Of a DNA stretch of 64,000 bases, positions 57,173 through 64,000 are shown one piece after another. Below the pieces are notes generated by a model that was not told the DNA's origin, did no database searches, and worked only from the letters and a program-made list of their open reading frames with translations. How positions within the stretch are numbered: position 1 is the stretch's first letter; every line of letters starts with the position of its first letter. The translations under genes and the position numbers were made by a program. The stretch is from positions 3,367 through 67,366 of the forward strand of contig JAFDHG010000003.1 of NCBI GenBank assembly GCA_019308925.1. The letters run 5' to 3'. The stretch comes from Deltaproteobacteria bacterium. GTDB taxonomy: Bacteria; Desulfobacterota; B13-G15; RBG-16-54-18.

Positions 57173-57775
57173 ATGTCAAAGGTACCCTCAATCTATATAT
57201 CCGCCCTCCTGCTGGCAGCGGGGGAGGGGGAGAGGATGAGGGGGATCAAACAGCTCCTCCCCCTGGGGGAGAAGAGCATGGTGGAGGCATCGCTGGATAA
57301 TCTCCAGGCCTCCCAGGTCGATGAGATCATCGTGGTCCTGGGTTTTGCGGCCGAGCGGATCCTCCCCTTACTGAAAGGTAAGGAACGGGTCAAGGTAGTG
57401 ATAAATCCCTCCTTTCTGGGGGGGATGAGTACCTCCATGCACTATGGGCTGAGGGTCATAGACCCCCAAAGCAAGGGGGTCCTTATCGCCCTGGCCGATC
57501 AACCCTTCATCCCCCCGGAGGTGGTAGACCTCCTCATTGAGAGGTTTGCCGAGGGTAGCAAGGGGATCGTGCTGCCAGTATATCAGGGCCGGAGGGGGCA
57601 CCCGGTGATCTTGGACAGGGAGAGGTATGAGGGGGAGCTCTTTGGGCTGCGGGGGGATGTAGGCGGCAGGGAGATCGTGAAAAGTCACCCAGAGGATGTC
57701 CTGGAGGTGGAGGTATTCTCATCAGGGGTGGTGTTGGATATTGATGATTGGGAGGAGTATAAAGAGTTTACATAG
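57173..57775 (+). CDS. mocA: molybdenum cofactor cytidylyltransferase-like nucleotidyltransferase
   Basis: LLAAGEGERM..KQLL, GMSTS, LADQP, RGHPV, GDVGGR, DID. Confidence 0.85.
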   Translation: MSKVPSIYISALLLAAGEGERMRGIKQLLPLGEKSMVEASLDNLQASQVDEIIVVLGFAAERILPLLKGKERVKVVINPSFLGGMSTSMHYGLRVIDPQSKGVLIALADQPFIPPEVVDLLIERFAEGSKGIVLPVYQGRRGHPVILDRERYEGELFGLRGDVGGREIVKSHPEDVLEVEVFSSGVVLDIDDWEEYKEFT

Positions 57776-58032
57776 AAAATAACCTTACTCGAATCTTTCC
57801 CCTCCCCTGGTGGGAGGGGGTAAATTGAATTTTCATGGTTCGTGGTTGATGAACCCGTCATGGGAAATTGCCGTGAAAATTATTTTCGGTAAATGTGAGC
57901 ATGCAAACCATTTCAGCCTTTATGTTTTTTCAACCTTACTTTAGGGCCGATGCATCGGCCCTGGAACCCTCGATAAGGTTTTTCCTTAATATAGGAGGGT
58001 AGGGGAGGCAAAGGAGCTTTTTCTTGAGCTCA

Positions 58033-58770
58033 TCAAAGCCCACCCCACTCATACTGGAGGATAGCGCAGGCGGCGATGGCCGCTGTTTCCGTCCGCAGGA
58101 TCTTCCCCCCGAGGCCAACGGTTGCAAAGCCCACCGCCTTCGCCCGTTTTACCTCTTCATCATCCCATCCCCCTTCAGATCCGACCATCAGGGCTATGCT
58201 TTTTGGAAGAGGCAAAGACCGAAGAGAAGATGAAAACCTTTCCCTCTCTTTTTCCAATAAAAGGATCTTGAGCTCCAAGGGGCGGGCTATCTCCAGGGCT
58301 TCCTCGAAGGAGCAATAAGGGGCTACATAGGGTACAGAGGCCCTCCGGCACTGTTTTGTGGCCTTTATGGCGATGTGTTGCCAGCGGTGGGCCTTGGGCT
58401 GACTTGCTTCCCTCTCCTCCAGGGATATGGAGTGCCTTGATTTAAAGGGGACTATGACCTTAACCCCCAACTCGGTCCCCTTTTGGATGATGAGCTCTAT
58501 CCGCTCCTTGTCCGGTAGGGCCTGAAACAAAAAGACACTGAAAGGGGGGTCTGTGGGCTCCCTCAACTTCTCAAATATATATACGCTTGCGCGACCCTGC
58601 TGAAGCTCCACTATCCTTCCCCTGAACTCCTTGCCTGAGGCATCCTTGAGGGTAATGATCTCCCCCTTGTAAGGCTCCCGAAACAGAAGAGCAGAGAAGG
58701 GGTCACCTTCCAGAGATATCTCCATCCCTTCTCTTAGCTTAGCTGGTAAGACGATCTGCTGGAGCTTCAA
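58033..58770 (-). CDS. rsmE: 16S rRNA m3U1498 methyltransferase
   Basis: QKGTELGV, ATKQCRR, VGSEGGW, LGGKILRTETA. Confidence 0.92.
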   Translation of the reverse strand: MKLQQIVLPAKLREGMEISLEGDPFSALLFREPYKGEIITLKDASGKEFRGRIVELQQGRASVYIFEKLREPTDPPFSVFLFQALPDKERIELIIQKGTELGVKVIVPFKSRHSISLEEREASQPKAHRWQHIAIKATKQCRRASVPYVAPYCSFEEALEIARPLELKILLLEKERERFSSSLRSLPLPKSIALMVGSEGGWDDEEVKRAKAVGFATVGLGGKILRTETAAIAACAILQYEWGGL

Positions 58771-58845
58771 GGGGGCTTCTTTATCCTCGTGCAGGTAAAT
58801 CCCTAAACCCTTGGTGTCCAGTAGCTGATTTGGAGATAATCCAGG

Positions 58846-59532
58846 TCATCTCCCTTCCCCATATACCTCCAGATAGTGCCTTATGTACGCTGCTACCCTA
58901 TCCTTGGGCTGGTAGACCCCGAAGTGACCCTCACAGAGGATGTCCGCCTCCAGGGCCAGGAGCCTCTCCATCGACCTGCGCCAGGCCGCCAGGTCGGAGC
59001 CGAATTCTTGATAGAAGGGGCCATGGATGTCCTGCCCGAACAGCACCCTCTTTTCCCCCCGGTCTAGATAGATTGAGAGGGAACCTGGGGTGTGGCCAGG
59101 GGTGTGGAGGCAGACCATCTCCTGGTCGCCGAAGCGAAGGCGTTCCTCATCCTTTGTCAATTTGACATCCACTGGCATCGGCGGAAAATGGATGTTGTAC
59201 CAAGAGGCCGCTGTCATCCTGTCGTCCCCTCGTTCCACCACCTCGGCATCGAGATGGTGCATGATGATTCGGGTGCCGAACCGCTCCCGAAACTGTGGAG
59301 CACCCCCGATATGGTCGATGTGACAGTGGGTGAGGATCACCGTTGCTATCCTTTCAGGGTCGAGACCGAGACCCTCGATGTTGTGGACGATTTCGTCAAA
59401 GCTCGTTCCTGCCCCGGCATCGATCAGGACCAACTCCCCCAGATCCAAGAGATAGACGCAGCAGTCCTTGGGATCGGTGATATCGGCACTCCCCACCAGG
59501 TAGATGTCTGTGATTACCTCTGCTGGTCCCAT
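58846..59532 (-). CDS. MBL-fold metallo-hydrolase
   Basis: LIDAG, THCHIDHIGG, TPGHTPG, GQD, CEGH. Confidence 0.9.
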   Translation of the reverse strand: MGPAEVITDIYLVGSADITDPKDCCVYLLDLGELVLIDAGAGTSFDEIVHNIEGLGLDPERIATVILTHCHIDHIGGAPQFRERFGTRIIMHHLDAEVVERGDDRMTAASWYNIHFPPMPVDVKLTKDEERLRFGDQEMVCLHTPGHTPGSLSIYLDRGEKRVLFGQDIHGPFYQEFGSDLAAWRRSMERLLALEADILCEGHFGVYQPKDRVAAYIRHYLEVYGEGR

Positions 59533-59669
59533 CTCTGCCCCTCCTTCTGTAGGGATGTTAACACTTTTGCCACCTCTTGGCAATTGGGGTGGGAGCTTTC
59601 AGGAAGATGGTTGCAATCGGGGGACGAAGGTGATATATGAGTTTCTAGCTATGCTCAGGAGGTAAAGAG

Positions 59670-60221
59670 ATGTATTTTGAGCGGGCAGGGGCGCAGAATA
59701 CTGAGGAGACCCTCCGGATCGCCCTGGAGGGAGCCAAGGAGAGGGGTATCCGGCATATAGTGGTGGCCTCCACCAGGGGGGATACTGGCCTGCAGGCGGC
59801 AAAGCTCCTGCAGGGGACGGGGATTACGCTTGTCGTGATCACCCACAACACCGGTTTCTCCCAAGAGGGAAAGCAGGAATTTGAGAAGGTCAAGAGGGCC
59901 CAGATCGAGGAATTGGGTGGAAAGGTTTATACAGGGACTATGGTCTTGAGGAATCTGGGAACAGCCATCCGCTCGCTGCAGTCCTACTCTCAGCAGGATC
60001 TGGTGGCCAACACCCTGAGGATACTCGGACAGGGGATGAAGGTCTGCGTGGAGATCGTCGCCATGGCCGCTGATGCCGGCCTGATTCCCTGCGAGGACGT
60101 GGTCGCCGTGGCTGGGACGGGCCAAGGGGCAGACACCGTCGCCGTCATCCGGGCCGACTCCTCCAACAACTTCTTCCAGATAAAGGTACGGGAGATCCTG
60201 GCCAAGCCGCGGGATTTTTGA
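59670..60221 (+). CDS. pyruvate-kinase C-terminal-like alpha/beta protein
   Basis: YFE..G..NT, IVVASTRGDT, GQGMKVCVEI..MAADAG, GTGQGADT. Confidence 0.8.
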   Translation: MYFERAGAQNTEETLRIALEGAKERGIRHIVVASTRGDTGLQAAKLLQGTGITLVVITHNTGFSQEGKQEFEKVKRAQIEELGGKVYTGTMVLRNLGTAIRSLQSYSQQDLVANTLRILGQGMKVCVEIVAMAADAGLIPCEDVVAVAGTGQGADTVAVIRADSSNNFFQIKVREILAKPRDF

Positions 60222-60349
60222 GGGATGGAGAAATTTTGATAGAAAGATAGGCCGCGAAATGTAGGTTGGGGGGATACCCTCAAAGGCCTCCCCAATTTAG
60301 AAATTCCTATTTTAAGGGAGTTTGAGGGACTTTGTCCCTCAAAGTAAAG

Positions 60350-60378
60350 CGAAGCCCCGCCCTGTGGGCGGGGCTTCA
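60350..60378. repeat. GC-rich palindrome (REP/IS-end-like)
   Basis: GAAGCCCCGCCC-TGT-GGGCGGGGCTTC, next to TTTGAGGGAC-TTT-GTCCCTCAAA. Confidence 0.6.
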
Positions 60379-60524
60379 CTTATACGGTCCATCCATAGAT
60401 CTGCACCCCAAGTTGCCCCTATTATTATAGGATTTTTCTATTTGGTTTAAAGAAATTCTTAATATAATATCTATTTTTGCTGGCATGTCTCGTTCCCAGC
60501 GTATCTATCTGCAAAGGGAGGAAG

Positions 60525-61573
60525 ATGACCTCCAGGAAGGAGTTCAGGCTTACGACCACGGTTAGCGGGGCTGGTTGAGCCTCCAAGTTAGGTCCGGGGG
60601 ACCTGGATCAAGCACTCTGCGGGTTGCCGCTTATAAGCCACCCCAACCTCTTGGTGGGGATCGAGCAGGTCGATGATGCCGGGGTCTATAAGTTGAGGGA
60701 TGACCTAGCCCTGGTCCAGACCGTTGACTTCTTCACCCCCATCGTGGACGACCCCTATGGGTTCGGGCAGATAGCAGCGGCCAACGCCTTGAGCGATGTC
60801 TATGCCATGGGGGAGACCCCCATCACAGCTATGAACCTGGTGGCCTTCCCCATCAGGGAGATGGAAGTGGAGATCCTTAGGGATATCCTTAAGGGGGGGC
60901 TGGACAAGATGCGGGAGGCGGAGGTGGTCCTGGTGGGAGGGCATTCCATCGAGGATCAGGAATTGAAATATGGGCTGGCGGTGACCGGTTTGGTCCGCCC
61001 TGACGAGTTTCTAACCAATGTGGGTGCCGAGGTTGGCGATCGGATCATCCTCACCAAGCCTTTGGGGACGGGGATCATCAACACGGCCCAGAAGGGGGGG
61101 ATGGCCTCTCCAGAGGTCGTGCAGAGGGCGATGGAGATCATGGCGGCACTCAACCGCAAGGCAGCGGAGGTGATGAGGGGCTTCCGGGTCCATGCCTGCA
61201 CGGACGTCACCGGCTTTGGCATACTGGGCCATCTGTGTGAGATGCTGGGGGAGGGGGAGATCGGGATAAAGGTCTCCGTGGATGCCGTCCCGGTCATGCC
61301 CGGGGCAGAGGAGTACGCCCGCATGGGGCTTGTCCCCGGCGGGACCTACCGCAACAAGGAGTTTTATACCACAAGGGTTGAAGGGACAAAGGACATCCCC
61401 CCCCTCTACTCGATATCCTCTTTGATGCACAGACCTCCGGGGGTTTGCTTATCTCAGTACTGGGGGAAGATGCGGGGGTCCTCATGCGCTCCCTGCAGGG
61501 GGCAGGGGTGAAGGAGGCCAGTATCATCGCCGAGGTAGTGGCCGAGCCCAAAGGCCGCCTGCTTCTTGTCTGA
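60525..61573 (+). CDS. selD: selenophosphate synthetase containing selenocysteine; one-base frameshift in C8 run (61397-61404)
   Basis: ATG at 60525 after GGGAGG; GAG-UGA(60576)-ASK; AGGTCC-GGG-GGACCT hairpin; DDAGVY, TVDFFTP, GGHS, TDVTGFG; DAQTSGGLL lies in the -1 frame. Confidence 0.93.
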
Positions 61574-62162
61574 TCGCGCAGTTTCATTTCCTTCTCTTTT
61601 TCTCATTTCCACTAAAGTGAACAGAAGCGTCCATACTCATCTACTATCCCCAAGATTCTCTTCATTATTAGGGCGTTCTTCGCAGCAGAACCGGTCATTT
61701 TAGGCTAATTTTAGGCTATATGAAGCCCCCTCGAAGGTAGGGTTTGGGTTATTTCATTCCTGAAGAGAAACACACGAACATGCTGATAATGATTAACGAG
61801 TTTTTACTATTCCCAACTTTGCCCAGTATGCTATCAGCTAGGGAGGACTTGATAAGGTTATGTACAATAACTGACACGCGATATTAGTTTATAATCGGCC
61901 TACAGCAAGATCAAAATCTGTTTGTGTAAATCTAAGGTACTCAATATCATCTTCGGTCACTTCTTGTCTTTCATGAAGTGACTAATATTCAGCATAGTAG
62001 AGTCGAACCACATAACATGTTTTGTTACTCCCCTTTAGGGAAGATATTCTCGCTCTTTGTTGCGAGCATACTATACGCAAACAGCGTTAAAAACCATGGT
62101 TGCTAAGCGACGTAACTATATGCTAAGATTAACTGAATAGCCATCCGGAATGCTGGACTGGC

Positions 62163-64000
62163 ATGATGAAATACGGCGAACTCCTCCATTTTCTGCAATA
62201 TATCGGCAAAGATCCCTCACGACTGATTTTTGAGGACGAGCTTACCGGTATCTATAATCGCCGTTTCCTGCACAACTACTTTCAATACAAGGTTTCCTGG
62301 GAATCTCTAGAGGACAATCCCCTGTCATTAATCATGATGGATATGGATCATTTTAAGCAGATCAACGACACGTATGGCCATCAGGTTGGTGATCAAGCGC
62401 TGATTTGGGTTGCTGGTCTGCTTAAAGAGGTGGCCGGTGATGAGAATTTGCCGATTCGCTATGCTGGTGACGAATTTCTCATCCTCTTGCCACGCGGGGA
62501 TAAGCGGGAGGCCCTGCAAGTGGGTGAGCGCCTCCTCCAGAGGCTCCGCGAGGACCCCCTGCGACTGGATGGGGTAGATGATGCCCTGCATATCACCCTC
62601 AGCATAGGGATTTCCTCAGCACCCGAGGATGCTCAAAATGGTATGACCTTAATCCACAAGGCTGATATCGCCCTCTATTACGCCAAAAAGACGGGTCGTA
62701 ACCGACTTGCCAACGCAGGGGAAATTGCCCCCCAGGACGTGTTTAACAAAACAGCCCTCCACCAGCTGGAAAGGGAGAAGATCGCAGGTCGCAGGTCCCA
62801 ACTAGAACAAGTGGCCGAATCCCTCAAAACGTTCAGCAAGGGACAGAGCCAGTTCATGATTGTTGAGGGCGCCGCCGGGATGGGCAAAAGCACATTTCTG
62901 GAAACAGTTCGCTGCAATCTGACCCAGAGCAAAAAAATTGGGCAAGTCAAGGTAACCGGCATTCCACAGGAGATGTTTCGTCCATATGCGTTGACAACAA
63001 CCATTTTGGTTGCCCTTCTTAACCGAAGACGAGACAAGGGAGCCGCTATTTTTGAGAGCCTGAGCTTAAAGGAGATCGCCTACCTTACCCACATTTTGCC
63101 CCAACTGGGAGGGGCGGAAGAGGTACGTCAAGAAGAGGATGAGAGTGCGTTACGCAAGGGTATCTTTAATACCCTGTTGCATTTTATTCCCAAAATAGCC
63201 AACTTCCGCCCTCTTGTTTTACTCATCGATGATCTGCACTTCAGTGATGAGGCGACGTTGATTCTCCTTCGTCAGCTGATACTGCGCCGGGACATTCCAT
63301 TGTTTATCTGCGGCACTTCCTCTAATAGCAAACAGTTTGGAGGGGAAGAGCAGGTGCCTCCCCTGGAGCGTTTCTACGCAGCCCACCATCAAGAACTGGA
63401 TATCCGCAAGGTAACCCTTACGCCGCTATCCACCAACGACATTGCCAATCTCCTTCGAGGGATATTTCCTCAGGTGGACGTGCCTGAAAATTTCGAGAAG
63501 GATCTAGCACAGATCAGCCAGGGCAACCCTCTTTTCCTCGTTGAGATTCTGCGAAAGCTGGTCTTGGATCAGAAAATTGCTCTGGTGGGTCAGCAATGGA
63601 TAATTGAATCTTTGGAGGAAGGCTATCTTCCGAGATCCTTAGAAGAGATCGTCAACCAGAGGATCGCTGCACTCAATGAAGAAAGCCGGCAAATGCTCCA
63701 ACAGGCCTCCACATTCGGTGAGGACGTTTCCTTGAGCGTTCTCACTGGAAGCTCTGAAAAAATGGAGGCCAAGGTTCTTGAATTCGTTGATCAGGCTGTG
63801 ACCCAAGGACTGATCAGCACCAACTTTCAACTGAATGATGAGATGATTGGCTTTCTCAGCAAGCGCATCCTTGAAATTGCCTACGGAGGCATTCAGAAGA
63901 GTCAGAAGCAGGATCTGCATGAGCGGATTGGTAACTACCAGGAAACTCTCTACCAACAGGCCCTGCTGCCGTCGGCTGCAACTCTGGCCTACCACTTCAA
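62163..64000 (+). CDS. diguanylate cyclase domain fused to a STAND/AAA ATPase (partial, runs off the window)
   Basis: My translation gives DELTGIYNRR, DMDHFKQINDTYGHQVGD, RYAGDEF, ADIALYYAK, then GAAGMGKS, LLIDDLH and GNPLF; no stop seen before 64000. Confidence 0.88.
   Translation, partial: MMKYGELLHFLQYIGKDPSRLIFEDELTGIYNRRFLHNYFQYKVSWESLEDNPLSLIMMDMDHFKQINDTYGHQVGDQALIWVAGLLKEVAGDENLPIRYAGDEFLILLPRGDKREALQVGERLLQRLREDPLRLDGVDDALHITLSIGISSAPEDAQNGMTLIHKADIALYYAKKTGRNRLANAGEIAPQDVFNKTALHQLEREKIAGRRSQLEQVAESLKTFSKGQSQFMIVEGAAGMGKSTFLETVRCNLTQSKKIGQVKVTGIPQEMFRPYALTTTILVALLNRRRDKGAAIFESLSLKEIAYLTHILPQLGGAEEVRQEEDESALRKGIFNTLLHFIPKIANFRPLVLLIDDLHFSDEATLILLRQLILRRDIPLFICGTSSNSKQFGGEEQVPPLERFYAAHHQELDIRKVTLTPLSTNDIANLLRGIFPQVDVPENFEKDLAQISQGNPLFLVEILRKLVLDQKIALVGQQWIIESLEEGYLPRSLEEIVNQRIAALNEESRQMLQQASTFGEDVSLSVLTGSSEKMEAKVLEFVDQAVTQGLISTNFQLNDEMIGFLSKRILEIAYGGIQKSQKQDLHERIGNYQETLYQQALLPSAATLAYHF

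Noticed and set aside
61574..62160. AT-rich stretch before the GGDEF-STAND gene
   Set aside because: Only short broken reading frames and no RNA motif that I can identify

Overview
A 64-kb bacterial chromosomal segment; gene content and order (alr-mlaEFD, M23-secA-argJ, yebC-ruvCAB, selB/selD) suggest an anaerobic deltaproteobacterium/Desulfobacterota-like organism (inference). Left to right: a type II fatty-acid/polyketide-like cluster (DUF2229-like protein, FabF, a catalytically degenerate KS, FabZ, two methyltransferases); alr-mlaEFD followed by an aromatic-repeat envelope protein; slyD; a tandem-fused 1856-aa UvrA; an AT-richer accessory block containing a MITE-interrupted Zn-finger gene, an unannotated two-UGA selenoprotein, an ECF sigma/anti-sigma pair with its probable target gene, and a YefM-YoeB module followed by an integron-type attC site; csp; a 14-kb anaerobic nicotinamide/nicotinate catabolic cluster (CoA-acylating ALDH, XRE-cupin regulator, TRAP, Mo-hydroxylase, signal-peptide-bearing nicotinamidase, enamidase, 6-hydroxynicotinate reductase); secA, argJ (probable CTG start), selB; a decayed IS200/TA hotspot upstream of tRNA-Val(CAC); ruvCAB, mocA-like, rsmE; Sec-containing selD; and a GGDEF-STAND ATPase fusion running off the right edge. 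Intergenic DNA carries several families of small palindromic elements, including an 8-bp-periodic hairpin family with nested insertions. Four genes show one-base shortfalls in homopolymers, probably assembly errors. All calls come from reading motifs by eye; no database searches were run.
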